Source: Desulfomicrobium sp. (GTDB lineage: Bacteria > Desulfobacterota > Desulfovibrionia > Desulfovibrionales > Desulfomicrobiaceae). From it: a stretch of DNA of 64,000 nt. The position numbers were made by a program, and so were the translations under genes. The notes under the pieces were generated by a model, which did no database searches, was not told where the DNA came from, and saw nothing but the letters and a program-made list of their open reading frames with translations. Shown piece by piece: positions 48,849-59,836 of this stretch (its first letter is position 1; each line of letters begins with the position of its first letter). The stretch spans positions 352,001 to 416,000 of the forward strand of contig JAXGMI010000001.1 of NCBI GenBank assembly GCA_040768745.1, written 5' to 3'.

Positions 48849-49841
48849 ATGTCCAAGATTCTGGTCACCGGCGGCGCCGGATATATCGGGTCCCACACCA
48901 CCCTGGCTCTGTCCGAGGCCGGCCACGAGGTCGTGGTCTATGACAACCTGTCCACGGGCCGGGCCGAGGCGGTCATCCCCCCGGCCCGCCTCGTTGTCGG
49001 CGACCTGGCCGAGACGGATCGGCTGAGCGGCCTGATGCGCAGGGAGAACTTCTCGGCCATCCTCCATTTTGCCGGTTCCATCGTGGTCCCCGAATCGGTG
49101 GAAAACCCTCTCAAATACTACCGGAACAACACCAACAACACGACGGAACTGATCGGCCTGGCCGTCCGCCACGGGATCCCGCGCTTCATCTTCTCCTCCA
49201 CGGCCGCAGTGTACGGCATGCCCGAGGTCATTCCCGTGACCGAGGACACCCCGACTCAGCCCATCAACCCCTACGGCCGGACCAAGCTCATGAGTGAATG
49301 GGTCATCGAGGACACGGCCGCGGCCCACCCACAATTTTCCTATGTCATCCTGCGCTATTTCAACGTGGCCGGGGCAGACCCCAAGGGCCGCATCGGGCAG
49401 TCCACCCCCAACGCCACGCACCTGATCAAGGTCGCGGCCCAGGCCGCCCTGGGCCGGCGTGAGGCCCTGCACATCTTCGGCACGGACTACGACACCCCGG
49501 ACGGGACCTGCATCCGGGACTACATCCACGTCACCGACCTGGCCGCGGCCCATGTCCTCTCCCTTGGGCATCTGGAGGCCGGTGGCCCATCGGGCATCTT
49601 CAACTGCGGGTATGGACACGGCTATTCCGTGCGCGAGATCGTTGAGGCCGTGAAACGTGCCAGCGGGGTCGATTTTTCCGTGGTCGAATCGCCCCGTCGG
49701 GCCGGAGATCCGCCCGCCCTGGTCTCAAACCCGGCCCGCATCCGGTCCACCATGGGCTGGCAGCCGAGCCACGACGACATCGACGGCATCGCCCTGTCCG
49801 CCTATGCCTGGGAGAAGAGGCTGGAGCTGCCCGAAACTTGA
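48849..49841 (+). CDS. galE: UDP-glucose 4-epimerase
   Basis: TGGAGYIGSH, FSSTAAVYG, PYGRTK, LRYFNVAGA and DGTCIRDYIHV motifs. Confidence 0.96.
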   Translation: MSKILVTGGAGYIGSHTTLALSEAGHEVVVYDNLSTGRAEAVIPPARLVVGDLAETDRLSGLMRRENFSAILHFAGSIVVPESVENPLKYYRNNTNNTTELIGLAVRHGIPRFIFSSTAAVYGMPEVIPVTEDTPTQPINPYGRTKLMSEWVIEDTAAAHPQFSYVILRYFNVAGADPKGRIGQSTPNATHLIKVAAQAALGRREALHIFGTDYDTPDGTCIRDYIHVTDLAAAHVLSLGHLEAGGPSGIFNCGYGHGYSVREIVEAVKRASGVDFSVVESPRRAGDPPALVSNPARIRSTMGWQPSHDDIDGIALSAYAWEKRLELPET

Positions 49842-49952
49842 CTTCAGGTGCTGGATATTCCAGAGTTCCCCCCTTCATCATGCAACGAACCAATGCCTGC
49901 CACGCCCGCGCGTGGCCTGTCGGCACGCCATAACCCGGAGGAACGCCGTCCC

Positions 49953-52763
49953 ATGTGCGACTACAAGAAAACCCTGAATCTTCCCGCCACCACCTTCCCC
50001 ATGAAGGCCAGCCTGACCCAGAACGAGCCAAAAATTCTGGCGCGGTGGACCGAGGTCGACGCTTACGGGGCCATGATCAGGGCCAACGACGGTCAGCAAC
50101 CTTACGTGCTGCACGACGGCCCGCCCTATGCCAATGGGCATATCCACATCGGCCACGCCATGAACAAGATTCTGAAGGACATCATCGTCAAGCACCGCAA
50201 CATGACCGGCCGCCAGGCCCAGTATGTGCCTGGATGGGACTGTCACGGCCTGCCCATCGAACACAAGGTCGAACAGGAGCTGGGTGACAAGGACAAATTT
50301 TCGGTCCTCGAGATCCGCCAGAAATGCCGCGCATACGCCCTCAAATACCTGGACATCCAGCGCGAGGAGTTCAAGCGCTTGGGCGTGCTGGGAACCTGGG
50401 ACAACCCTTACCTGACCATGACCCCGGACTACGAGACGGCCACGGCCAGGGAACTGGCCAATTTCTACAGGATCGGTTCTGTGCAGCGGAACAAGAAACC
50501 CATCTACTGGTGCGGGTCGTGCGAAACCGCCCTGGCCGAAGCTGAAGTGGAATACGACGACCATTCCTCTCCGTCCATCTATGTCCGTTTCCCCCTGCTT
50601 CCCGAAGGACTGGCCACGACGCTTCCCCAGGCCGATCCGGACAGGTGCTACATCGTCATCTGGACCACCACGCCCTGGACCATCCCCGACAACCTGGCTG
50701 TGGCCGTGCACCCGGACTTCGAATACGACCTGATCCAGGTCGGCGATGCCTTCTACATCCTGGCCAAGGACCTGGCTGCCGGCTGTGCGGCACGGTTCGG
50801 CTGGTCCGACTGGAAGACACTCACGACCGTCACGGGCAAAGCCCTCGCAGGCCTCGTCGCCCGCCATCCCTTTTATGACCGCCGCTCCCTGGTGGTCACG
50901 GCCGACTACGTCACCCTGGAGGCGGGCACCGGCTGCGTGCACACGGCTCCCGGTCACGGGCGCGAGGACTACGAAACCGGCCTGCGCTACGGGCTGGACA
51001 TCCTCTCTCCTCTGGACGATCAGGCCCGCTTCCTGCCCGGTGTGGAATATTTCGGCGGCAGGCACGTCTTCGAGGCCAACCCCCTGGTCATGGCCAAGCT
51101 GAACGAAGCCGGCCACCTGCTGGCCAGCGAGAAGATCAGGCACTCCTACCCGCACTGCTGGCGCTGCAAGAAGCCGGTGATTTTCCGGGCCACCACCCAG
51201 TGGTTCATCGCCATGGAACACAACAACCTGCGCGCCAAGGCCCTGGACGCCATCGACAACAGCGTGCGCTGGATTCCGTCCTGGGGCCGGGAGCGCATCC
51301 ACAACATGATCAAGTTCCGGCCGGACTGGTGCATTTCCCGCCAGCGCATGTGGGGCGTGCCCATCATTGCCCTGTTGTGCAAGGATTGCGGGGAGGCCTA
51401 TTTCGAGGCGTCCTGGGCCCACGACATTGTGGACCGGTTCGCCGCCCACCCCAACGGTGCCGACTACTGGTTCGAGGCGCCCCTGTCCGACGTCGTGCCC
51501 CGGGGCTTGACCTGCCCCGCATGCGGGGGAAGCCACTGGGAAAAAGAGGACGACATCCTGGACGTATGGTTCGATTCCGGCACCAGCTTCGCCGCAGTGG
51601 TCGAAGGCCGCTCGGAATGCCGATTCCCGGCGGACCTCTATCTGGAAGGCACGGACCAGCATCGCGGCTGGTTCCACTCCTCCCTCCTGGCCTCTGTCGG
51701 CACGCGCAACGCCCCGCCCTACAAGGCCGTGCTGACCCATGGCTTCGTGCTCGATGGACTGGGCCGCAAGATGTCCAAATCCATAGGCAACGTGGTCGCG
51801 CCCCAGGAAATCATCGAAAAACACGGCGCCGAAGTGCTCCGCCTGTGGGTGGCCTCCGAAAACTACCAGGAAGATCTGCGCATCTCCGACGAGATCCTGG
51901 GCCGCCTGGTGGACGCCTACCGCAAGATCCGCAATACCTGCCGCTTCATTCTCGGCAACCTGAACGACTTCAACCCGGCCACGGACATGGTGGATGCCAC
52001 GGACATGCTCGCCCTGGACCGCTATGCCCTGAACATGGTCCGGGCCAAACACCAGATCATGCAGGCCGCCTACGAGAACTTCGAATTCCACAGGGTGTAC
52101 CACACCCTGCACAACCTGTGCATCACGGACTTGAGCTCCTATTATCTCGACATCATCAAGGACCGTGTCTACGTCAACGGGCCGCAAAGCCTGCCACGAC
52201 GTTCGGCCCAGACCGCGCTGTACCATATCCTGCTCATGATCGTGCAGGACATGGCTCCGATTCTGAGCTTCACGGCCGAGGAGATCTTCCAGCATCTGCC
52301 CGAGGCCATGCGTCCGGCAGGATCCACGGTCTTCGCCATGCGCGTTCCGGAAATCGCGGGAGAACTGCTGAGCGAAGAAGAGGAGGCGACCTGGGACCTG
52401 GTCTTCGCTGTGCGGGGCGAGGTGACCAAGGCCATCGAACCCCTGCGTCAGTCCAAGGCCTTGGGGCATTCCCTGGACGCCCGGGTCACCATTTTCACCC
52501 GGGGGGAGACGTCTGCGCGACTGTCCAGCGTGGCGGACCAGCTGCGGGATGTGTTCATCGTCAGCCAAGCCGTCCTCTCCGACGAACCGGCCCCGGCTGA
52601 AGCCATCCGCGGGGAAGTGCCTGACCTGTCCATGACCGTCGAAAAGGCCAGGGGCGGAAAATGCGCCCGGTGCTGGATCTATGACGAAAACCTGGGCACC
52701 GATCCGGCCTTCCCCCAGGCGTGTCCCAGGTGCAGCAAGGTCCTGCGGGAATACCATGCCTAG
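49953..52763 (+). CDS. ileS: Isoleucine--tRNA ligase
   Basis: [33 protein letters not shown] and C-terminal CARCW...CPRC. Confidence 0.98.
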   Translation: MCDYKKTLNLPATTFPMKASLTQNEPKILARWTEVDAYGAMIRANDGQQPYVLHDGPPYANGHIHIGHAMNKILKDIIVKHRNMTGRQAQYVPGWDCHGLPIEHKVEQELGDKDKFSVLEIRQKCRAYALKYLDIQREEFKRLGVLGTWDNPYLTMTPDYETATARELANFYRIGSVQRNKKPIYWCGSCETALAEAEVEYDDHSSPSIYVRFPLLPEGLATTLPQADPDRCYIVIWTTTPWTIPDNLAVAVHPDFEYDLIQVGDAFYILAKDLAAGCAARFGWSDWKTLTTVTGKALAGLVARHPFYDRRSLVVTADYVTLEAGTGCVHTAPGHGREDYETGLRYGLDILSPLDDQARFLPGVEYFGGRHVFEANPLVMAKLNEAGHLLASEKIRHSYPHCWRCKKPVIFRATTQWFIAMEHNNLRAKALDAIDNSVRWIPSWGRERIHNMIKFRPDWCISRQRMWGVPIIALLCKDCGEAYFEASWAHDIVDRFAAHPNGADYWFEAPLSDVVPRGLTCPACGGSHWEKEDDILDVWFDSGTSFAAVVEGRSECRFPADLYLEGTDQHRGWFHSSLLASVGTRNAPPYKAVLTHGFVLDGLGRKMSKSIGNVVAPQEIIEKHGAEVLRLWVASENYQEDLRISDEILGRLVDAYRKIRNTCRFILGNLNDFNPATDMVDATDMLALDRYALNMVRAKHQIMQAAYENFEFHRVYHTLHNLCITDLSSYYLDIIKDRVYVNGPQSLPRRSAQTALYHILLMIVQDMAPILSFTAEEIFQHLPEAMRPAGSTVFAMRVPEIAGELLSEEEEATWDLVFAVRGEVTKAIEPLRQSKALGHSLDARVTIFTRGETSARLSSVADQLRDVFIVSQAVLSDEPAPAEAIRGEVPDLSMTVEKARGGKCARCWIYDENLGTDPAFPQACPRCSKVLREYHA

Positions 52764-53289
52764 GCATCAGCAGGATTGCGCGCCGGACCTGCGGTGGCGC
52801 TTCAAGGCCATTGGCCTGGTTGGAGCCGTTGTTTTTGCCCTGGACCAGCTGACCAAGGCCTGGATCCAGCAGACCATTCCGGTGTGGGAAAAAGGATTCT
52901 CGGTCATTCCCGGTTTTTTCGACATCGTGCACATCCTGAACCGGGGGGCGGCCTTTGGTTTTTTGAACCGCACCGACATCGACTGGCAGCGGCCCTTTTT
53001 CATTGCCGTGTCCATTCTGGCCATGGGCCTCATCGCAGCGCTGGCCCGCAGCAAGGACGATGACGGCCCGTTCTATGTGTACGGGCTGGGCCTCATCCTG
53101 GGCGGGGCCCTGGGCAATCTGCTCGATCGCATTCGCCTGGGCGTTGTGGTCGATTTTCTGGACTTCTACGTGGGGGGCTGGCACTGGCCGGCCTTCAACG
53201 TGGCCGACATGGGCATCACCGTGGGCGCGGCCGCTCTCCTTGTTTCCTTTTACCAGCAGAGACGCCGCCATGTTCCCGACCATCTTTGA
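52756..53289 (+). CDS. lspA: Signal peptidase II
   Basis: [28 protein letters not shown] and FNVAD motifs. Confidence 0.96.
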   Translation: MPRHQQDCAPDLRWRFKAIGLVGAVVFALDQLTKAWIQQTIPVWEKGFSVIPGFFDIVHILNRGAAFGFLNRTDIDWQRPFFIAVSILAMGLIAALARSKDDDGPFYVYGLGLILGGALGNLLDRIRLGVVVDFLDFYVGGWHWPAFNVADMGITVGAAALLVSFYQQRRRHVPDHL

Positions 53290-54055
53290 AATAGCTCCCT
53301 TCATTCTCTTCGGAATCCAGTTGGGCCCCTTCGCCCTGCACACATACGGACTTTTTGTCGCGGCTGCCTTTCTGATGGGTATCGCCTGGTCCATGCGCGA
53401 GGCCCGGGAACAGGGTCTGGACCCCCATCTGCTGTCGGATTTGGGCTTCTACCTCATTCTTGGCTCCATTCTGGGGGCCAGGCTTTTGTACGTGCTCATC
53501 AACCCGCTCTATTTTTGGCACAATCCCCAGGAAATCCTCATGTTCTGGAAAGGAGGCCTGGTCTTCTCCGGGGGTGCCATCCTGGCCACGATCTTCGCCC
53601 TGGTCTTTCTGAAGAGAAAAAAACAGGACTACTGGCTGTGGATGGATGCCCTGGCCCCGGGCATCGGCCTGGGCGAGGCCATCGGGCGCATTGGCTGCCT
53701 GGCCGCAGGTTGCTGCTATGGCGCCAGTTGCGACCTGCCCTGGGCCGTCACCTTTTACCATCCCGAAGCCCTGGCCCCCTTGCATGTGCCTCTGCATCCG
53801 ACCCAGCTCTACCACAGCCTAGCCGGACTGGCCTGCTTCGCCGTTCTGCTGGCCCTCAAGCCCAAGGTGAATCACCCGGGTTGGCGCATGGGTATTTTCC
53901 TGATCATGTTCGGGTCCTTCCGTTTCATCATAGAATTGTTCCGCGCCGACTATCGAGGCAGCTTGGGCCTTTTCAGCGTGACTCAGCTCATCGCCCTGGC
54001 CGCCATTGCCCTCGGTGTGTTCATTCTGTACCTGAGGAGAAACCATGTTCGCTGA
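53270..54055 (+). CDS. lgt: Prolipoprotein diacylglyceryl transferase
   Basis: YG, GARLLYV, GGLVFSGG, GRIGC, HPTQLY and RFIIELFR motifs. Confidence 0.95.
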   Translation: MFPTIFEIAPFILFGIQLGPFALHTYGLFVAAAFLMGIAWSMREAREQGLDPHLLSDLGFYLILGSILGARLLYVLINPLYFWHNPQEILMFWKGGLVFSGGAILATIFALVFLKRKKQDYWLWMDALAPGIGLGEAIGRIGCLAAGCCYGASCDLPWAVTFYHPEALAPLHVPLHPTQLYHSLAGLACFAVLLALKPKVNHPGWRMGIFLIMFGSFRFIIELFRADYRGSLGLFSVTQLIALAAIALGVFILYLRRNHVR

Positions 54056-54266
54056 AATTCCTCCGGACAAACTGGTCTTCATCATCCCCCTGCTCATCGT
54101 GCCCATCCTGCCCAACCTGTGGTCCATCTGGCACCTGTACAAGAACGAATACCCGACGCCGCAGGAACGATCGGCCTGGCTTGTGGCCCAAGTCATCTTG
54201 CCGGTTCTTGGCGGAGTGGGCTATATCCTCTTCGGCCGCAAGAGAGCACTGAAAAAACCGTGCTGA
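54045..54266 (+). CDS. Small membrane protein (PLD N-terminal-like domain)
   Basis: Two TM segments with the pattern W......PVLGG..YILFGR. Confidence 0.7.
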   Translation: MFAEIPPDKLVFIIPLLIVPILPNLWSIWHLYKNEYPTPQERSAWLVAQVILPVLGGVGYILFGRKRALKKPC

Positions 54267-54320
54267 ACCGGCCATGAACAAGACCAACTGACTCTAATCG
54301 CCCAGTGCAGAGAGGTTCCC

Positions 54321-55262
54321 ATGTCTTCTTTTCGTTACGGCAGAGACTTCGTCATTACCGGGGCCCTGATGACCCTGCTGGGGACTCTCCCGGCCTGTGT
54401 CACCTCCTCGGACTTCGACCGCCTGCGCAGTCAGGTGTACCATCAGGACCTGGAACGCAAAAAGCAGGAGGAGCGCATCGCCAAGCTGGAAACCGAGCTG
54501 AGCCAGAGCAAGCCGGTGCAGGCCAACAGCTGGGCGGAAATGAATGCCATGCGCACCCAGATGGCCACCCTCAGCGGTCAGGTGGATGACATGCGCCGGG
54601 CCCAGGAAATGCAGCGCTCTGCAGCCGGCGGCGCCGTGACCCTCGAAGGTCTGAACGCACAAGTCCGGGATCTGGAACGCAAGAACATGTTCATGGCCAG
54701 TCAGCTGGGCGTCGTGTTCGACGAAATGCCAGCCTCCCCTGCGGCCCAGCCATCTGCAGGAGCAGTCCCCCAGACCTCTCCGGCACCGGCGGCCGCGCCG
54801 GCCCAGCCCAAGACCGCGGCGGTCCAGCCTGCTCCGGCGACGACGATGGCCCCGGCGGGCGAAGGCGGGGAGCAGCCCGTGGGCGAGGGCCCGGGCCAGG
54901 ATCTTTACCAGAAGGCTTTGGAGAATTTCTACGCCAAAAAATACAAGGCCGCCCAGACCACGTGGGCCGAATTCGTCAAGGGATTTCCGAAAGATCCCCT
55001 GGTTCCCAACGCCATCTTCTGGCAGGGCGAAAGTTTCTTCCAGATGCAGGACTATGCCAACGCCGTGCTGACCTACCAGAAGGTCATCGAGGAGCACAGC
55101 AAGTCCAACAAGTACAGAGCCGCCCTGTTGAAGCAGGGGATCTCCTTCTACAAGCTGAAAAAGGACCAGGCCGGAAAACTGGTGCTTGAGGACCTGATCA
55201 AGAAATACCCTGACTCCGCCGAGGCCAAGCGGGCCCAGGCCTACTTGAAGAGCGGCAACTAG
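54321..55262 (+). CDS. ybgF: Tol-Pal system protein YbgF/CpoB (lipoprotein-like)
   Basis: Signal ending LPAC, coiled coil, Pro/Ala linker and C-terminal TPRs (NAIFWQGE, ALLKQG, KYPDS..A). Confidence 0.88.
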   Translation: MSSFRYGRDFVITGALMTLLGTLPACVTSSDFDRLRSQVYHQDLERKKQEERIAKLETELSQSKPVQANSWAEMNAMRTQMATLSGQVDDMRRAQEMQRSAAGGAVTLEGLNAQVRDLERKNMFMASQLGVVFDEMPASPAAQPSAGAVPQTSPAPAAAPAQPKTAAVQPAPATTMAPAGEGGEQPVGEGPGQDLYQKALENFYAKKYKAAQTTWAEFVKGFPKDPLVPNAIFWQGESFFQMQDYANAVLTYQKVIEEHSKSNKYRAALLKQGISFYKLKKDQAGKLVLEDLIKKYPDSAEAKRAQAYLKSGN

Positions 55263-55281
55263 GCCGGCTTGAGGAGCATTC

Positions 55282-55716
55282 ATGACCACCAACGAATACA
55301 GTCGCATCGTCAGCCTGCGCTTTCCGCCCGAAACATCGGGCCAGCCCATGATGTACAACCTGGCCAAGCTGTTCGACCTGACCTTCAACATCCTGCAGGC
55401 CAACATCAATCCCCGCCGCGAAGGGCACATGATACTGGAACTCTCGGGAACCCGCGAGCGCTACCGCCGGGGCGTGACCTACCTGCAGGAACAGGGCATC
55501 AAGGTCACTCCGGTGGCCAACGAGATTTCGCGCAACGAAGAGTCCTGCATGCATTGCGGGCTGTGCACGGCCCTGTGTCCGCCCAAGGCCCTGCACCTCA
55601 ATCTGGAGACCAGGATGGTGGACTTCGACCGGGACAAATGCACCGCATGCAACATGTGCGTCACCGTCTGTCCGGTGCGGGCCATGGTCATGGAGTTGGA
55701 CCCCGACACGTGGTAG
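55282..55716 (+). CDS. NIL domain plus 2x4Fe-4S ferredoxin protein
   Basis: FNILQA NIL motif; CMHCGLCTALCP and CTACNMCVTVCP. Confidence 0.9.
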   Translation: MTTNEYSRIVSLRFPPETSGQPMMYNLAKLFDLTFNILQANINPRREGHMILELSGTRERYRRGVTYLQEQGIKVTPVANEISRNEESCMHCGLCTALCPPKALHLNLETRMVDFDRDKCTACNMCVTVCPVRAMVMELDPDTW

Positions 55717-55732
55717 ACGGCAAGGAGGACTG

Positions 55733-56266
55733 ATGGCCATCGCGGACCGGGCCTACGCCCGGATCGAAACGACGTTGAAGGGCTATGCGCGGATCCTGCC
55801 CGTGGGCCGGATCACCACGCTTTTTTCTTGTTTTCAGCCTGGTCCATCGTCCCAACTCTCTGATTCGGCCCAGACCGGCCTGTCTGAGGGGCTGCTCCAG
55901 CACCTGCGGACCATGGACGAAAAGCTCGACGCGGTGCTGACAATCCTGAACCAACAGTCCCTGCAGGAAGACTTTCCCATTCTCGCCCTTGTGCACGACA
56001 TCAGCGGGGCGGGATTGCGCTTTACCTCGGACCAGGACTTCCAAGTGGGGCAGGCGGTGGAAATGGTAGTGGCCCTGCGAGGGCAGGCTCGAGGGCTGGC
56101 CGGGACCACCGGCATCGTCGTCCGCGTCGACGAGCACTGCGGACAGCGGCTATGGGCCATGGAATTCAAGGAAATCCGCGACGCGGAGAGAGAAAAGATC
56201 ATCCAGTACGTGGTGGACAGACAACGTGAACAATTGCGGGAACGCCATCTTGGCCCTGGATCCTGA
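55733..56266 (+). CDS. PilZ domain protein
   Basis: N-terminal RxxxR (DRAYAR), HDISGAG and REKIIQYV..QR motifs. Confidence 0.8.
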   Translation: MAIADRAYARIETTLKGYARILPVGRITTLFSCFQPGPSSQLSDSAQTGLSEGLLQHLRTMDEKLDAVLTILNQQSLQEDFPILALVHDISGAGLRFTSDQDFQVGQAVEMVVALRGQARGLAGTTGIVVRVDEHCGQRLWAMEFKEIRDAEREKIIQYVVDRQREQLRERHLGPGS

Positions 56267-56493
56267 AGCGCGCCCCAGTTTTTTTGCAGAGGCCCTGGCC
56301 TTCGCCCACACTGCGCTTGTCCTGCTTCACGCACGGGGCACCCTGGCCCCTTGCGGCGGACTGCACCAGTCAAACCGACGCGCAATGTGAACAGCATCTC
56401 CGTTGCATTGAAAACACATTTTCCACATCCAGCAAAAACACCCGCCGGTTCTCGGGTCACGGCCGAAGCCGGCTTCTCCCACGGAGACATCGC

Positions 56494-56781
56494 ATGCCCC
56501 AACTTGGAGACATCAGCCTCTACGCCCTGACCCGGACCATGAGCGTTCTGGATCAGCTCTACGAACAGGAGCCGGAACTGTACGAGGATTTCGTACGCGA
56601 GATCTGTGCGGATTTCACCTTGGCCCGGGAATACATGCTGGCCATTCAGGAAATGCTGACCCAGGGCGCGGACAAGGTGGCCGTGGGCCAGGCCGACCTG
56701 ACCCTCAAGCATCTCCTGGCCCTGTGGGTGCTCAGGAACGACCTGACCGTGCCCCTGGCCGGCCTGGAGCAGATTCAGTAG
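56494..56781 (+). CDS. Hypothetical cytoplasmic protein
   Basis: 95-aa helical ORF (MPQLGDISLY...) with GGAG RBS. Confidence 0.7.
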   Translation: MPQLGDISLYALTRTMSVLDQLYEQEPELYEDFVREICADFTLAREYMLAIQEMLTQGADKVAVGQADLTLKHLLALWVLRNDLTVPLAGLEQIQ

Positions 56782-56784
56782 GCT

Positions 56785-57714
56785 CTATTCATCCACTTCG
56801 TCGCGGTTCTTGGACAGGGGATGGCAGGCGTCGTAGACACGCATGATCTGGGCCAGGTCCAGGTGGGTGTACCGCTGGGTGGTGGAAATGCGGGCGTGCC
56901 CCAACAGCTCCTGCACGCTCCGGAGATCCGCCCCAGCCTGGAGCAGGTGCGTGGCGAAACTGTGCCGCAGCGTGTGGGGGCTTATGCATCCCGCCACCCC
57001 GCTCTGGGCCCCCATGGCCTTGACAATGCGGTCAGCCTGCTTGCGGTTCAGGCGCCCCCCCCGGCTGCCGAGGAACACGGCCTGTTCCCCTGCTTTGGGA
57101 TTGAAGGCCCTGCGCTGCTCCAGGTAACGCTTGAGCCTGTCCACGGCCGCCCCGGTCAGAGGGGCTATGCGCTCCTTTTTGCCCTTTCCCAGCACCCGCA
57201 GTAACCCCTGATCCAGGTCCACGTCCCTGAAATCCAGGCTCAAGGCCTCGCTCACGCGCAGACCTGATCCATACAGAACCTCCAGCAAGGCCTGATCGCG
57301 CAAGGTCTCGGGATCGGGCTGCTGGCCGGTTTCGAGCAGGTGCAGTGCCTGGTCCACATTCAACACGCGTGGATGGATCTTCGGCAACCTGGGGTTGGAG
57401 AAGGCCGCGCAGGGATCTGCCTTGGCCAGGCCGCGTTGACGCAGAAAACGGTACATGGCCCGCAGGGCCGAAAGCTTGCGGCACACACTGGACTTGGCCA
57501 GCCCACGCCGATGCAGATCGGCGACGTAGGCCGTGATGTCGGCCTTGGTCACGGCAGCCGGGTCATGCAGCCCCTTGCTGCGCCGGCCCAGAAATTCGTG
57601 CACACCCCGCAGGTCCACGGCGTATGCCTCCACCGTGGCCGGTGAATAGCCGCGCTGGGCATCCAGGTAGAGCAGAAAGAGGGCCACGGGCTCAGGCCCG
57701 TTTGTCCAGGACAT
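56785..57714 (-). CDS. xerC: Tyrosine recombinase XerC-type
   Basis: LYGSGLRVSE, GKGKKER, HTLRHSFATH, LLGH and TQRYTH motifs; housekeeping operon context. Confidence 0.88.
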   Translation of the reverse strand: MSWTNGPEPVALFLLYLDAQRGYSPATVEAYAVDLRGVHEFLGRRSKGLHDPAAVTKADITAYVADLHRRGLAKSSVCRKLSALRAMYRFLRQRGLAKADPCAAFSNPRLPKIHPRVLNVDQALHLLETGQQPDPETLRDQALLEVLYGSGLRVSEALSLDFRDVDLDQGLLRVLGKGKKERIAPLTGAAVDRLKRYLEQRRAFNPKAGEQAVFLGSRGGRLNRKQADRIVKAMGAQSGVAGCISPHTLRHSFATHLLQAGADLRSVQELLGHARISTTQRYTHLDLAQIMRVYDACHPLSKNRDEVDE

Positions 57715-58627
57715 AGCAGCTCTTGGGGTTTTTCTTGGCTTCCTTTTTCAGGTTCATGGCGATCTGGGAAGCCTCCCCGAAATGGCTGAGCTTTCCGTCG
57801 CGGTTGAAAACCACGGCCAGGGAGATGGCCATGAGGGGAAACACCTGCCTGTTTCCCCGGCGGTCCACGGAATGGATAGCCCCGCGCATTCTGTCTTCCT
57901 GATCGTAGAAATTGGGCACAATGGAGTCAAAATTGTCGATGACCAGCTGACAGGCCCCCTCGGCCTTGTCCGGGGGCACGATGAAGACGAAATCGTCCCC
58001 GCCCACATGACCGACGAACGTGTTGGAGCCCATGAACGCGCGAATGCTGTTGACGATGACCCGGGCCGTCATCAGCAGCACCTCGTCCCCCCGCGAAAAG
58101 CCGTATTTGTCGTTGAAGGATTTGAAATGATCCAGATCGATATAGGCCAGGGCAAAATCCTCCCGCCTGTCGATGAGATCCTGAATTCTGTGGATGATGG
58201 ACGTGTTGCCGGGCAGCTTGGTCAAGGGGCTGGCGTCCAGCTCCCTGGTCGAACGGTGATAGGCCAAAATCAGCCGGCCCTTGACCGTGGCCGGCGACAG
58301 CGGGCGGACCACGAAATCATCGATCTCCAGATTGCTGAAATCCAGGTCATCGACCACGGATTCGTCCTTCAGACAGAGTACCACTGGCAATTGCCGGTAA
58401 ACGTTCTCGCCCTTGATGAGGCGGATGAGCTCCACCCCGGGCATGTCCGGAAGATCCCCGTCAACCACCAGCAGGTCCGGCGGGTCCGAGAACAGATGCT
58501 CCAGGGCAGATGCCCCCCGGCCGAAACAGGTCCAGGCGACCTTGTCCTCGGGCCACAGGGCGCGCAGACTGCCCTCCAGCTTCGGGTCGGCGGTGACCAG
58601 AAAAAAATGCTTGCCGTCTTTTGCCAT
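57692..58627 (-). CDS. Atypical REC plus GGDEF-domain protein (GGDDF)
   Basis: Degenerate REC (VTAD, VDGDLPD, VRP); ASPLTKLPGN, DLDHFK and HVGGDDF motifs. Confidence 0.88.
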   Translation of the reverse strand: MAKDGKHFFLVTADPKLEGSLRALWPEDKVAWTCFGRGASALEHLFSDPPDLLVVDGDLPDMPGVELIRLIKGENVYRQLPVVLCLKDESVVDDLDFSNLEIDDFVVRPLSPATVKGRLILAYHRSTRELDASPLTKLPGNTSIIHRIQDLIDRREDFALAYIDLDHFKSFNDKYGFSRGDEVLLMTARVIVNSIRAFMGSNTFVGHVGGDDFVFIVPPDKAEGACQLVIDNFDSIVPNFYDQEDRMRGAIHSVDRRGNRQVFPLMAISLAVVFNRDGKLSHFGEASQIAMNLKKEAKKNPKSCYVLDKRA

Positions 58628-58634
58628 AGCTCAC

Positions 58635-59462
58635 CTAGATCAGTTCGGCGAATTCCCGCTCCAGCCCGCCCATGATCGCGTGCAGACGGTCCGGGGTGAC
58701 CTGCAGGGCTTCCAGTACGCCGTCGTCCAGGGCGCTGATCTGGTCGTCTCCGCCGCTGCCCACCCCGAAAAGACGGGCCAGAAAGTCGCCGACATGCACC
58801 ACCTGGGCGACCTTGGGATAGTACGATGCGGACATGGGGCGATGGTGACAGGCCAATCCTTCCTTCAGGTTGGGCGGGAGGTTCCAGTAGGAACTCAGCC
58901 ACATGTTGACGCGGTCATGTCCGAAGCCCAGCACTTCCAGCTCGGCCTGGCGGTAGGTCAGGTCCCGCTCCCTGACCAGGTTGTCAATGGCCGCACGGCT
59001 TTCGGGCAGTTGCACCGCTGCCACGACCTTGCCGAAGTCATGCAGGAGCCCTGCCACGGCATAGAGTTCGGGATCAGGGCAGCCGATGCTTCGGGCCACG
59101 GCAGAGCTGGCCATGGCACAGCCCAGGCTGTGTTCCCACAGCCCCTTCATGTTCGCGTTCATGACATCAAAGACAGAGGTGGAAATGATCAGGCCCCTGA
59201 TGACATTGAAACCCAAAAGAACCAACGCGTGCTGAATGGACCCAATCCGACCAGGAAATCCGTAAATGGGGGAATTGACCATCTTCAGCACCTTGGCCGA
59301 AAGCACCTGATCTTTGGCAATGGCCTTGCCAATCTGATCCGTGGATGAAGCAGGATTCTCGAACAGGGCGGCCACTTCGTGCAGGACCCCGGGCAGGGTG
59401 GGCAGGTCCTTGACCGCCAGAATCTGGCCTTTGTGCTTGGTACGGAGATCCTCAGGCATCAT
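58635..59462 (-). CDS. HDOD domain protein
   Basis: LPTLP, DQVLSAKVLKMVNSP, LWEHS, GLLHDFGK and HH motifs. Confidence 0.92.
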   Translation of the reverse strand: MMPEDLRTKHKGQILAVKDLPTLPGVLHEVAALFENPASSTDQIGKAIAKDQVLSAKVLKMVNSPIYGFPGRIGSIQHALVLLGFNVIRGLIISTSVFDVMNANMKGLWEHSLGCAMASSAVARSIGCPDPELYAVAGLLHDFGKVVAAVQLPESRAAIDNLVRERDLTYRQAELEVLGFGHDRVNMWLSSYWNLPPNLKEGLACHHRPMSASYYPKVAQVVHVGDFLARLFGVGSGGDDQISALDDGVLEALQVTPDRLHAIMGGLEREFAELI

Positions 59463-59812
59463 GTGTCTCCGTCCCTCCGGCTCTGGACTGCCGCAGCCAA
59501 GGCGCACTTCTGCGCGAAATAATCCCGAACCACGCCTTTGACCTGCTGCATATAGGGGTTGTCCTTGAAATTGCGAAAAAGATACTCGAGATGCTCAACC
59601 TTGCCGGCAAGGGCCTCGGCCCCCCCTCCCGCTCCAGTATCCAGCGCATCGCCCTCCACGACCACCTCCCCCACGCCCATGGCGTCAAGCCTGGAGATGA
59701 GAGCGGGGGTGAGGACCGCGCCAGCGGCGACAAGCACAACCCCGTCTTCACGGGTCACGGGCTTGGCCACAACCATTTCCGGTCCGGCCACTTCCAAGGC
59801 AATCTTCTGCAT
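59459..59812 (-). CDS. Hypothetical protein (resembles the N-terminal module of HD-GYP/HDOD proteins)
   Basis: MVVAKPV...DGVVLV..G.VLT..LISRL..MGV pattern; ATGA overlap with the HDOD gene. Confidence 0.7.
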   Translation of the reverse strand: MQKIALEVAGPEMVVAKPVTREDGVVLVAAGAVLTPALISRLDAMGVGEVVVEGDALDTGAGGGAEALAGKVEHLEYLFRNFKDNPYMQQVKGVVRDYFAQKCALAAAVQSRRDGDT

Positions 59813-59836
59813 GGCTGCCACCGCTATTCCAGACAA

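Noticed and set aside
49878..52757. 959-aa antisense ORF opposite ileS (likewise 40357-42504 opposite glcB, 36570-38525, 21912-23441 and 26064-27572)
   Set aside because: Shadow ORFs expected from strong GC3 bias in the sense genes; no recognisable motifs.
54730..54860. Pro/Ala-rich repetitive-looking stretch in ybgF
   Set aside because: Ordinary flexible linker; no exact nucleotide tandem repeat.
56785..57714. Tyrosine recombinase as a possible prophage or island integrase
   Set aside because: Size, motifs and dprA-operon context fit housekeeping XerC; no att repeats or phage genes nearby.
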